From NCBI GenBank assembly GCA_023334545.1, contig JAADVB010000001.1, forward strand, positions 1 through 64,000: a stretch of DNA of 64,000 bases, read 5' to 3'. The position numbers and the translations under genes are program-made. The DNA comes from Salisapilia sapeloensis CBS 127946. Lineage: Eukaryota; Protista; Oomycota. Under the pieces are notes generated by a model, which was not told the origin of the DNA, searched no databases, and saw only the letters and a program-made list of their open reading frames with translations. This document shows positions 1-12,557 of this stretch, one piece after another; position 1 is the first letter of the stretch, and the number at the start of each line of letters is the position of its first letter.

Positions 1-411
1 CAGACCGATCAACGTTGCCATGCTGTACTCAGACGTTAGCAAAAAGCATTTTTATCGTACATGAAGTAGTAGACATACCTGCAGTGAGGAATGGTAGGCG
101 TGAAGAAGATGGTGACTTCATTGGTCGCGTCGTCCACGTGAATGTTCTCTAGTTCAATGACCTTGAGCTGCTCCAACGTCAACGGATGCTCCGGATCGTT
201 CACATGACGCAGCATTTCTATTCCAATTCACCGTCAGGATCATACAACCTCTCGCCATCCAGGACGATAGGAACGTACCAAAGACTTCATCCGCTTCGAA
301 TGGCTCAGGCGTGTTTTCATCCGAGTCATCATGCACGTCAAACTTCCTGTCCTGTGTCGTTGCGACAGCATACACTGTCGGATTCGCATTAATCTTTTCC
401 TGAAGTCCCAT
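1..411 (-). CDS. MIP18: MIP18/FAM96 (CIAO2) cytosolic Fe-S assembly protein, 3' end truncated by the window edge
   Basis: ATG at 411. Introns 218-278 and 23-78 (GT-AG, in frame) give ...EADEVFEMLRHVNDPEHPLTLEQLKV...FTPTIPHCSMATLIGL, the hallmark FAM96 motifs. Confidence 0.95.
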
Positions 412-866
412 GCTCAAGTCTCGCTCTTGGACGCTCAAGTGCTTGTGTCGAAGTGTCTGAGTATTATGGCTCAAGGGTTCTTTTCTTTTTTATTAAATCT
501 CACAGGATACTGACAATAATCCCATGACCTGTTTATACGAATCGTCCGTAGATTAGGCAACATGCTAAACGGCGCATCGATATACCGCTTTGATAGGTTT
601 GTCGAATAAAGCATCGAGTAAGAACCTGGAGCACAGTAGATACTAGCTGTCCATCCTTCTTTTATCACTCGAATCGAGTCTGTTTGCTACGTCCTCCTAT
701 CAAAGTGGCAGGCGACAGGTCTTGGTATAGGTCGGTGCTGTCGGCCTTCGGGGTCGGCCGGAAGGACTCATATAATGGGATTGTTCCAGGTCGACGGTCC
801 CACTGGTGGCGTAGTGGACTCAGAGCACACCATAGACATTATGGACTGCCGAATGCCAACCAGATA

Positions 867-1710
867 ATGTGCATCGTAATCATCTGTACGCTGCTATTTT
901 TTGCCGTCCTCCGGTCGCACTGGCTGAATGTAACGAGCGATGGAGTCGTCACTGCCGGACTGTGGTCTTTTGACTTTGATGACGGCAAGGGTGATCCAAT
1001 TTCTTGGGGAGACTATTGTAAAGTCCATCGGTTCACAGAGTAAGTTTATCGCTACAGCAGAGATTAAAAATAAAAATTAATCATCTTCTGACAGGTATGA
1101 CGATCAACCGGTGAGTAAAGAAGACTCTGAAAAATTTTGTCAGAAGATCGGACCGTTCAAATGGCATCTGGTGCAGATTGAGAGGGCTCTGTTGATATGT
1201 AGCATCACATTGACTATCTTTGCCATTTTCACGGCACTCTATTTGCATCTTGGAAACCCATCCCAACGTATCGTCGTCTTGATCGGGTTTTTACCTTTTT
1301 TCTCCATCTTTTCCACCGGCGTGCTTTGTATGGTTGTGCTCATCTTGTGGCAGTCGTACTTTGGTCCATTCGACAATGGCGACTGCTTTAGCATTACCGT
1401 TGCCGCCACAACCTTGGCGTACGCAGTCGCTCTATCGATGATCATTCGATGGCGATGGGTATGACATTTTATGGTATATATTATAAAAATCTATCTTTAC
1501 GAAATGATATGATAGCCTGGTTTGTGTGCTGTACCGAGCGAACAACAAGAGCTGCGAGCGAGAGGGTACATTGTAGATCAGGAAGTCCAGCCTTCCGCCG
1601 TTCCAACCACTGTCGGCAATTCCAACGATCGTGTCGATCCTGTCGGACTCGACTCGACTCATGCTAGTACCAATTTCCAACCGCTAAACACCTATCGTAC
1701 TACACAGTGA
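867..1710 (+). CDS. Claudin/PMP22-like four-TM membrane protein
   Basis: Introns 1040-1094 and 1459-1515 join three ORF fragments in frame. It has four hydrophobic segments and a W...GLW...C...C first loop. The start is uncertain, and upstream exons from about 572 are possible. Confidence 0.7.
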
Positions 1711-1832
1711 TACGAGAACGATCTCGATCTCTTCCTGCATTCCATATATTTTGATCATATAGATACTTTTGCCCATCGAGTGTATTGAAAAATGAGAGTC
1801 GCCTTGTATTTGCTTTTTATCTGAAAACACAA

Positions 1833-4800
1833 CTACTCCTCGTCATCGCTGTCCGTCTTCAATTTCGTCAACACTCGTCGAGCGTACTCCGAAATGATCT
1901 TACCATCTTGTGGCGACGTCGACTTGACATACTCGTTCAACGTTTCCGATCGAGTATGAATCTCCAACAGATACAACAGTGCTCGTTCAGCCGTTAGCTT
2001 CACGCCGACGTTTCCACCCTTGATCAACTGGAAGGTGACGGGCACAAGTGCTGGCAAGTATTGCCGCATGCTTTCCGGATCACGTTTTGCGAGCTGCTTC
2101 GTGATCTTAAGCGATCCACGAGCCACTTCCTTGTTCGAGCTAGCAATGTTCGTCGCTAGCACAGGTACGAACGTAGTTACAAAGGTACCCTGGTGCTTGA
2201 CGAATGCGCCAACCGCTTGCATCGCACTCGATCGCACATCCATCTTGTCATCTTCCGCCAATTGGAACAAGCCCTTGCTCAAGTCGGCGCTGATATCACT
2301 CAACCACGACGGTTCCTTCTTCAGCACAAGCTCTAGGAACGTACAAGCGCTCTGTCGACGTGTCCACGGCAGGGATGCCAAGTCGCTGTGGTTGACCAGT
2401 CCGTACTTGAGCGTCTTGGAAGCGCCCTCTTCAGCATCGGACACGACAAGAAGAGCCAACGATCGGCTCGATGGGTACCGCACCTTGTCTTCCGTAGCTT
2501 CCAGTAGAGCTTCCAAAGCTTCCTCCAGATTGTTCTTCACCGTCGACGACAACTTGTCGCCCACAGCCTCCACAACAGACCCAATAGCTTCCAAGTTCGC
2601 GTCGCGAATACCTCCCGTCGTCGTCTTCAGCTTCTCCGTCAACTCCGCCACGAGTGGATCGATACGCGGACTCAACGTCACGAGCTTACTCAACGCAGAC
2701 GCGCCATGTGCACGCACTTCTGTCGCATTGTCATTCAAAGCCTTCACAAACGTCGTTTGCAATTGAGGAAGGAACGGTTTAAGCGCGACACCACCCTTGG
2801 ACAGTAAGATCTCTAGCGTGCTCAAGATCGCAGACTTGACATGTCCAGGGAATCGGTCACCAGCGATACGAATGAGTGGACCTGTGAGTTTAATCAAGTA
2901 CGGTCGCAACATCGTTGGACTCGACACCAGCACGAGTTCACCGAGTCCAGCAGCCGCATCTTCACGCTGATCTGTTGAACCGTGCATGAGCGCATGCTGG
3001 TAGACCGGTAGGAACGGCTCGAGACCCTTGGGAATACACAACGCCGGCAACTGGAAGTCTGTACTGCCTGCTGCACCACCCTTTCGATGTTTCGCATCAC
3101 TGACGACGGAATTGATCGTCTGTCGGATGAACGAAAGATGCTGCACGAACAGTTCCGGACGAATGGACACGTTCATCGCACTCAGAGCATCCGAAGAAGC
3201 CTTGACCACACTTTCGTCACTGTCGTTCATGTGACGCAAGATCTGCTTGAGCAACATGGCCACCTGGTCCTTGTATGAAGCCTGTGTCTTGCGGCAGAAC
3301 TCGGCCACGAGACTCAGTGCCAACGCGCGTTCCTGACTCGACTCACTCTCGCAGTATTTGCACAGCTCAAACACGAGCCAGTGGATACCAGGATCTTCGA
3401 CACTAAGCACAATGTCTTGAAGCGTCGATTTTATCTCATCTGCAGTCTCTTCATCTCCAGCATCATGCATCTTGATTTGCTCTGCAACGAGCGTTCCGAA
3501 GATCTTTTCGATCTGGAAGTGGATGGTGGCACCAGTAGCTTGAGCCACCTTACCCAGAGCTCGCACAGACGTCTTGGACAATGGAGTCACTAGCAGACGC
3601 GGGACGATGTACGGTAGCACTTCTCTTGACTTGACGCGTAGGATCTCATGGACACCATTGAGCGCACGACTCTGTTGTTCGACATTACTGGCATCGTTAA
3701 CACGCTGCAGGAGAGACGGGATGGTCTCGTCGATGGCGCGATAGCCGACACCCTTGTGCAGACTGTCAAATGCTTGGGCAGCAGACGATCGGACTTCTGG
3801 AAGGTCGTCGCAGAGTCCATCGAGCATGGCTTCAACGAGCGTCTCGATAAAGTCCTCCAGCTGCTTCTTGGTAGAGCACTCGATGACTTCTGCCAAGCCC
3901 AGGCACACACCCTGCCTCGTTCCACTCGGATTATGTTCGCTCAATCCAGCGCGTAAGATCGGAACAATTTCCAGTAGAACCTGTTCTCCAAGCTTACGAA
4001 CGATTTCACCAAGCGTTCGACTAGCCATCGTCTGTTTCTCAACGCTGTCTCCTGACAATGCGCCGATAATAGCATCCATGAGTGTGCGCAAGATCTGGCG
4101 GAGTGTCTTGGGTGTATTCACCACGACACTCTTCCACACTTGCAAAGCACTTTGACGAACGACAGCAGAAGTGTCGCTTCGGATCATGTACAGAGCCGAG
4201 AGAATGGTGTTACGACGCTGCATACCCAGGATCTTGATGATCGCACGATCACCGGCAGCACTGCCTGCTGCATCGTCTTCATCGCCTTCGCCAGTACCAG
4301 TGGAGCGAGTGCCGCTGATACGGTACATGAGGTCACCAAGCAACGTGACGCTGCTTTGACGAATGCGCCAGCTATCGTCAAAGAGTCCTTGTTCGAGCGA
4401 CGGGAGGATGTCGCGCGTGTGGCTGACCGCATGCGCATTGACGACGACGTGTCCTGCGTGCATCGCGACATCACGTACGCTTTCCACTTCATCTGACAGA
4501 CCAGACACGATGATCGGTAGTGCTTCCTTAAGGAAGATGGAAAAGCTCTTGCCAAGTGCAGGAGGCAAGAACGCAATGACCCATAGCACACCTTCTCGGA
4601 CAGGATAGTCTGGGTGTCTCGCAAGAGGAAGCACGTCGTTGGCAACGGTGCTTTCCACGCGGTCGCCACCAAGTGCCACGAGCACTTCGCACAGACCTTG
4701 AGCAGCACCAGATCGCTCAACACTGCCTGTATCATCCTTGATGGCATCCAATAGCCACGACAGGATGTCGGAGAAGTGCTTTTCGCCCAAACCTTTAACG

Positions 4801-7800
4801 AGGTTGCCCATAGCTTTAGCAGCCACGGCACGCACCTCTGGAATCGGATCCATGAGCTGTCCTTGGAGACTCGGGAGAACCATGTCCATGTATGGCACTA
4901 GATCCTTCGGGTCGTTGATCATGGAGCACATGCTACCGACGATAAGAGCCGACTTTTTCTTCGCATCGCCCGTACGGTCCTTAAGTCCACGCGTGATGGT
5001 CGGCATCACGAGCGCCAACGACGGAGCGTCAATCGCGTGGACGAAAGACGTAGACTGGAGATGGTGCAAAGCATCGGCGTTGTGCTTGTTCGGATCTTCC
5101 AAAGCGTTCAAGAGTACGTGGGAAATGGATGCAACTTCTGGATTGCGAATGACAGAGCCAATGTCTCGAAGCGACTTCTTCGCAGCTTCACGGACCTTTG
5201 GATGCGAGTCCGCTAGTGACTCTGTAAGCGTCGGTACGACCTGTGGCAGACTCGTACCCAACTGCTTGGGTGCACAGTAGGCCATGGATCCGAGCAGACG
5301 AATACCGGCCTGCTTCGTACGCCAGGCACTGTCGTCTAGCGACTTGAGTAGAGATGGGAGCACTAACTTGACACCATGTCCGGATAAATTAGCCATGATC
5401 CCCTGTGCCGTGTGGTTAGCAGCTTCACGCACTTGGGAGCTGCTGTCAGCAACGCACTTAAGCATGATTGGCAGGATGACGATGATGTATGGCTCGAACA
5501 AGATACCAAGTCGTTTGCTAAGACACTCAAACACGAGCATACCACCTTGACGTCCATTGGCACCACTCTTCATGCCTTCTTCCAGTCGCGGAATGACGCT
5601 CTGCTGCTTGAGTGCAGAGATACCAAGTCCCTTCACAACAGCAGATACACCATACGCGCCACCCATACGCTCTCCGAATGTCTCTCCGGTCGTAGCACGT
5701 TTCAGCAAGTCCTCCAGAATGTCTGGACTACGCTCCTTCACGGCTGGCATGAGAGGAGATAAACAGTTCGCGACGGATCGTTGGACCGACTCGGATGGAA
5801 TGTTAAGCGATTCGACCAAGGAATCGACAATGCTCGAGACTTTGGGATCGGTCTTGTCCATGTGCTTAGCGAGAGCTCCGAGGAAGACGACGACACCTTC
5901 TCGCTGGCGATCGTTCTTACTCACATCTTGCGTCGACTTGCCATCCGAAGTCGGCGTCTCATCCAACACTTTCTCCAACATCTGCAGCAATGGCATGGTA
6001 TTGTCTCCACCACCGAACTTGTCAATGATCTGGACGCCACTCTTACGAATTTGACCACGAACTTCCGCATGCGGATCCGGCAGTCCGATATCGACGATGA
6101 AACCAAGCACCTCTTTCACCTTTTCACTCGACAAGGACGCTGTCTTGGCTGCTTTCTCAAGACACAAAGCGACACCACAACGTGGGAGGTAGCTTTCCTT
6201 TGCCTCAACATCTTCTCCATCTCCAGGACGACGGATCTTCGGGATCCCGAATTCATCCAACATATCCGAAGGCTTCGGCACTTTACTTTCAAATTGTTCC
6301 TGCAGCTTACTCAGGACAGAGGATACTGACTCTGGATATTGACGCATGCCGTCTGCAATCGTTAGAGCAGCACACTCGCGAACACTTGCATGCATGTGGT
6401 TAAGAAGTGGAAGCAGTGTCTCTGCGTACGATGCTGGTAGCTGGCAACCAGAAGACTCACAGATCTCCTTGGCCGTCTCGCGATTTCCTTCGTCACAGTC
6501 AAAGCAGCAGTAGTAGAGGCGAGCAGCAAGTGTTTCGTCCGTCTTGTGCGTCTCAAACGATGACTCTGGGTCTTCCACGACCTCGTACAACGCACTAAGA
6601 CACGCCATACGAGTGTCCTCGGACTCGGAGAGTAGTCCATCGTCACTTAGCAAAAGTTTCCACTGCTCTGATGACAGCTCTGCTCCCTTACACGTCTGTG
6701 CGAGGATTTGACTCGGGAATAGTCCAGGATTCGCAATAGGAACAGTTTCGTCATTCTCTAGTTGCTGCAGCACTTGCAGCGAGAGCTCAATGATCGGCTT
6801 GCGGAGAAGGAATTGAGCATCAACGTCGCCCACTTCTTCTTCCTCTTCCTGTGGGATCATGGCGGCGTGGGCAGCAATAAGTGGCAACGCCCACTTTCTC
6901 AATGACGGCTCATACAGCGCAATGATGCGCAACATAGGGAAGACCAGGTGAAACGTTGGTGGATGCAGGCGGTTGCACGGCGCTTCGACGTCGTAGTCTC
7001 CTTCACTGGCGAATTGGAAACCAAAGACATGGTCCATGAGACTCGCCAACGTACGTGAGAACAAGTTGTTCATACTTTCCAACACGTCCTTCTTGGAATC
7101 CATTTGTTCCAGCTCAAGAGCAACACGAAGAGAGCTCGAGATGTCTTCATAATCATCACGGAGTAAGGCTGGAGACACAGCCTTGCTCATGGAACGTAGC
7201 ATATCGGCAGATGTCTGAGGGAATAGACGACACTCAAATAGAGGACGAACGGATTGCAATAGGTACGGGAGTGTTGGATGCAGCTCTTCCGGACTAGTTG
7301 TAGCCAACATCTCTACCATTTCACGCACAGACGATACGATGTGGACGGTCTCTCGCAGCTCCACACGACGCTGCTGTTGCTGAGCAAGCAACGCCTTTTC
7401 TTCTTTCGAGTATGTCGTCGTCTTGCTTCCCTTTTGCGCCTTCTTACGTTCCAACTCTTCACGCACTTCTTGCTCCCACTGCTCTTCTTTCGTACCACGG
7501 CGACTGCTCTTGCTGCTGCCATTCGCAGCTCCGTTATTCTTTTCAACAGCACGCAAAACGTCATCTGGTGTATAGAAGACATCGACGTCGTCATCCGAGA
7601 TAGAAGAAATGTTCTCATTCGACAAGCGCTCGATCACACGCTTCTCAATCACGTCGTTGAGTGCCAAACGCTCTCCTTCGCCAAGTCCGGCAAACTGGAG
7701 CATCGTTGCCACGACTCTTTGCGCAGCAATACGATCCACCTGCACCTTGGAAAACAATTTACCTGTCTGTCCATCAGCAAGAAGGTCCAAGACACTCGCA

Positions 7801-10072
7801 TAAAGCGTTTCACTCGACTCGAACAAGTGATCCACACGATCTTCATTCGTCTCCACTATATCGTCTTCTTCCTTCATCTTCTTCACTTCATCCGATGTGA
7901 CGGGCGTAATGAATTGCAATTGAGTACGCTTCCATTCACGAGCATAGCCATCCGAACGCTTATTGTCCACCAAGAAAGGATGGTGGGCGATGAAAAGAGC
8001 TAGTGGGAGGACTAGGTCACGGACACTCTCCTCCTCCCGGAGACTACTGGGTACTAGTACACGAAGCGCACGTCGAAGGGTGCCAGGCTGTGGTACAAGC
8101 GACGCAGGCGGGTCATCACTTGGATTCGCATTAGCGGTCTGTTTTTCCTGTGCAATTGCAACGTTCACGAGCTTGCGTTCAAAGGCAGTTACGAGACCAG
8201 GACAGTGCACGAGCGTAGACGCGTACATACTCGAGATGGCGTTCGCAGAGCTTTCACGAGCACTTGCCACGGACGACACCAGCAACTCAATAAGCAGCTT
8301 ATGAGCAGCCGTGGCATCCGTCTGGTCGGACGATAGCACCCACGTAAGGGCACTCGGTAGCGCAGCGACTGCTGTCATCTCCGTCGTCTCGACGCCAAAG
8401 ATTGAATTGTTTTGCTTCGACTGCGTCGCAGCAGTTTGCAGCACAGTCGACACGGAGTTATCCACAAACGAAGATGAATCGAGGATGATGTCAGCGACCT
8501 TGTCCTGCGTCATCTGAGCGCCAATCGCACTGCTGGACAACGACAGCATGCCTGCAAGCGCGATGGCCAATACACCATCCAAATGGGCGATGTTAACCTT
8601 CTTATTACTGTCCTGAATCACTTTAACGATTTCAGTCGTGAAGACACCAGCTTTATCCGCATACGCCACGCCAATAGACTCGGAGACTTGGCAGTACACG
8701 ACTAAAGTTCGCAAGTATCCTGCGACAACTGGCTCGGAGCTGTTGCCTAGACCCGATTTGATCGCACTAGCACACTCGTCACTCACGACCTGCCCGACTG
8801 CCATCCACGTACCCAATGCCATTTGACCCAAATGACGCGTTTGGTCATGCGCCTCCTTCTTAACTGCTTTCAGTAACGCAGCTACTGCATCCTTAGCTAC
8901 ATTTTCTGCATCTGAGACTGACAAGAACGACTTTGCTTTTTCCGCCGAGAATAAGAGGACAGCAAACGCAGCTTCACGCTGGTAAAACTGTGCTAGAATA
9001 CCATGCTTTCCCTCGAGTAACTGCGCCATGCTGCTCACGAGCTTGGACAACGGCTCTACGTCCGTGAAAGACTGCACGAGCTCCTTTGCTAAGAAAAGGC
9101 AAGCATGACGAACGTCATCTTTTTGAGCACGAAGCTTACTGGTGAGCAACGACAAGAAGATTTCGTCCAAGTACTGTCCGAAATCGATTGATGACCCCTT
9201 GACAAAAGCACGAGTGGCGTCTAAAATGCTGTCAGGAGACTTTTTCAACGCCTTGGACATCGTCGGCTTAATCGCCGTATCGAATGTAGCTGCATCCAAA
9301 CCACGGAAACGAACGTCGTGACGATCAAACGCAGCTACAACTGTCGCTTTGCTCTTGCTTTCAAAGGCCCAGAACGCATATTTACTCCAGATACTCTCCA
9401 TGGTAGCAGCATCGACCTTGGATAAGGCACTTAGCACAGTCCATAACTGATAGTGAGTCTGCTCCTTGTCGTCGCATTGGATGATTACGTTGGAGTAGAT
9501 GGGAATGAGGTCTGGGTGCGCTTGCAATAGCTGTAGTAGACTCTTTCGCGCTCCTGTCTGCATCCTCTCCACATCGTACAATGCAGCTTCCATTATCTTG
9601 GACTGAAGATTTGCTAGTGTGGGTACCCACGCTGCGTTCATTTGACTCGCGTCCTGCGCGATGGCAGTTTTGACAAGCGTGCACGTCAGCTGCATAACAA
9701 CGAGACGCACTGAAGCGAAGGCATGCGTAGTCTGCTTGTACCTGTTCGCTAAGATCGTGGTAAAAACAGTGGCGAATTCAATCGATTGCTTCGTAAGCGC
9801 TTCTACGAGGCCACGTAGCGCCAAATCGGATGCGCGATGACGACTTTGAAATGCTGCCGTAAGTAGCTTGTTAGCTGTGCGTTTAAGCGGAAGCGATCCG
9901 TTTTCAATTTCACCAAGCACATTGCTCTATTGTCATGATACGGTTGATTAGCAAGGAGGAATTGGATATCTAGGAGCCACAAAGATACCTGGAGCGCTTC
10001 CATGTCACTCGCACGAGTCGGGTGGAAGACTGCCGTCTCGAGACACTCTGTGAGGGCATCCGTATCACTCAT
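1833..10072 (-). CDS. GCN1: Translational activator GCN1 (HEAT repeats, eIF2-alpha kinase GCN2 activator)
   Basis: 2695-aa ORF plus a short first exon (ATG 10072, intron 9927-9988). Conserved GCN1 blocks include WRTKQAGIRLLGSMAYCAPKQL, FVHAIDAPSLALVMP, SWRIRQSSVTLLGDLMYRISG and LIKLTGPLIRIAGDRF. Confidence 0.97.
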
Positions 10073-10249
10073 CCTTGGAAGTCAGGTACACTCCTTGGAA
10101 TGAACTGTGGATCGGTGATACCCGTTGGCTGGTTGGTGCGATTCTGACCGATCGGTTATGTTGTATACGACATGGAAGGTTGTCAGAACGTTGTTGGATC
10201 TGCTAAAGGCGTATGCATGATAGTTGAAGCAAGATGGAAGTTTGGATAT

Positions 10250-12350
10250 AAAGCGGTTTGGAGCTAGCTTTACAGAGTATGCTGCCAGCGGGGTAGAAGA
10301 AGGTCGAAACAGGAGGAGTGGCTACGTCTGTTATGTGTGCGATGGGATTTAGGAGTTTTTAGACTGGTAGATGTAGGTAAAGAATTATCTGGAGTACCAA
10401 CAAAAGGAATTGAAACTCACCCAAATGAACGTCTGTACCACCCTTTATATGTGGTAATGAATGAACGTAGCGTATCGGCAATTATGCTGGTGTTCTCTCG
10501 ATGAATGAGCTTGACGATTTATTGTTTGTTCAGTTGAGGATAATGTCGATTGCCGAGAGAGGCAAGACAAATCTGAATCTTGTTCATGCAAAAGCTTTAG
10601 CAGGTTACGTGGATCATGCATCTATATCGCTAGAATAGACGCTCAAAGTGCATACAACTTTGCAAGTTTATATTGAAGTTTACCAGTTGTCTGCTGTGTA
10701 AACAGGGCACTCTTGCATTCCAATGCGACGAAGAGTCAGCAATTAAGAGTGGATCTTCACTTCATAGATACTGTAAGGTGTCGTAATTGTCGTATACTTA
10801 GAAGTGCGTTTAATCCTATTACCAAGTGCAGAAGCGGGAGTTCAAATAAACTCTTACAGCAAGCATAACACTTTGGTAATTTGGGCATACGAACCTCCAC
10901 GAGAGCATTTCAGCGGGTGTAGCGACGAATACAGTAAAGTCGAAGAATGCCTTGAGTCAGTGTTTCATTTTAAAGCTACTCAGCTGCCAATTAGGCCCAG
11001 CAGTTGCATATAACTCGATTTGCGCCATCCCAATCTTCCTATCTCTTCTCGCGCTTCCGTGTTGTAGTACATTCATATGTATTAAATAATACTCTAGTTC
11101 TGTGGTGGACTCCATTTGATATCCTGCATCAGCTAAATGATGTGACTGCACCCCTCAATTGCTCAATCGACCAAATTTGATAAGAATGACCTCATCGAAA
11201 GGCAATGGTTGATTTCACAAACAAAGCACGAAGCGATGTAAGGTCGGTCCTAAGCGCATGCGTGCCAGCTGCATTGACTCCACCATAGATGAACTCAGTC
11301 GGCAGAAGGATTGCTTTCTACGCTTATTGTCGAACGGATTGCAACTTCTACTGCAACTGATTAAAGTCATTTCGATCACTTGACCGGTTCTTCAACGCAA
11401 CTTTAGTCCTTGTCTTCACATCTTTCACCTCTCTTCAACTTTATGCTTTTTAATCAAGCACTACAGATCCTTTATGCATCCGAAAGAGCTTGAAGTGTAG
11501 ATCATGATCTAAAATTGAATGCTTTCCAACCAAACGTATCTTCTTTCCGACCACTTTGCATGCTTTCGTGCATACTGATAGCCCGCTGGTGAGTTGAAAA
11601 GTATACGGATATATGCCGCTTGCTGTTCCATAGAACCAAGTAACCTGGGTAGCTGACTGCTGCAGCATGTACCAGACGAGCTGGAACTATCGTAGACGAG
11701 CGGTCTACTTCAATGCTTGATGGATACACCACAGATAGTTTGTATGAAGCTTGCAAGCGCGAATCTGCCACGTATGCTTAAAGGTCGCAAGTGCATCCTT
11801 TCGAGGGACAGTAGTTGGGTCACCGTATCTTTCCGTCAAGTAACGATGCATCAGCTCTATTTGCATGCGTGTGGTGTATAGAAGCGCCTTCGGCTTCACC
11901 TGCGTAGTCAGTAGCCGATAGGTCATCTAGATGATACTTGACAAGAGGAGGCATGACTTCATCAAATGGTGTCAAAGAGACGCAGCTTTATACTGCGTGC
12001 AATAGACTGCATTCGAGTAGTGTGGTAAAGCACCAGTATCACCAGTATTGCGCAGAAGTCATAGGCGGACGACGCAATGTGACGTTGGCAGGAGGCACCT
12101 GTGATTGCTGGCTTCAAGGCCAGTCACGTTTATTCCACCCCACGGGCCTCGCTCCAATAAGCTTTCTCCTTTTGGGCATACTGTTCAAGTGTCTCCTCGT
12201 CCATGCAAAAATAGAATCTATAGTAAGGTTTCCGTTGAATTCATGTACTAGAGATGCCTTCAGATTGATATCTTTAAATGCACGATTTTAGATTTTGTTC
12301 GGATAGAGAAGGTATCCTTAGCTCGTCTACATCAGATCCCCTGTCCATCG
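10250..12350 (-). other. Unresolved ORF-poor region, probably an intron-rich or decayed gene
   Basis: No ORF exceeds about 120 aa. Intron-like segments and protein-like fragments occur on the minus strand: GTGAGT...CTACCAG near 10345-10400, LIHRENTSIIADTLRSFITTYKGWYRRSFG, MPPLVKYHLDDLSATDYAG and MDEETLEQYAQKEKAYW. I could not assemble a full model. Confidence 0.3.
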
Positions 12351-12438
12351 AGCAGGATGCTGAAGTTGTGTCTGCGTCATGAAGTGTTCGCTCCAAAACA
12401 GATGCATAGCTTCCTTTTCATTGGCTAGGACCACGCCT

Positions 12439-12468
12439 CTTATGTGCGATATGTGTTTCGCACATAAG
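12439..12468. repeat. Perfect 11-bp inverted repeat with an 8-nt spacer
   Basis: CTTATGTGCGA-tatgtgtt-TCGCACATAAG, read directly from the sequence. Confidence 0.8.
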
Positions 12469-12491
12469 GCTACGAGCAATCAGCCACGAGC

Positions 12492-12507
12492 CCATTCGGC
12501 CTTTTGC
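12492..12507 (+). promoter_or_regulatory. Oomycete INR/FPR core promoter of the MFS gene
   Basis: CCATTCG-GC-CTTTTGC resembles YCAYTYY-NN-MWTTTNC and lies 50 nt upstream of ATG 12558. Confidence 0.65.
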
Positions 12508-12557
12508 TGTAGGTCCAGCAGACACCCGTGCAGATAGAGTGCAATTCAAGCGCAAAT

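Noticed and set aside
471-668. 65-aa minus-strand ORF
   Set aside because: It starts with GTG, has no motif, and sits in the divergent promoter region or possible 5' exons of the neighbouring genes.
2020-8826. Many plus-strand ORFs (up to 248 aa) inside GCN1
   Set aside because: Antisense shadow ORFs produced by codon bias of the long minus-strand CDS. They contain no recognisable motifs.
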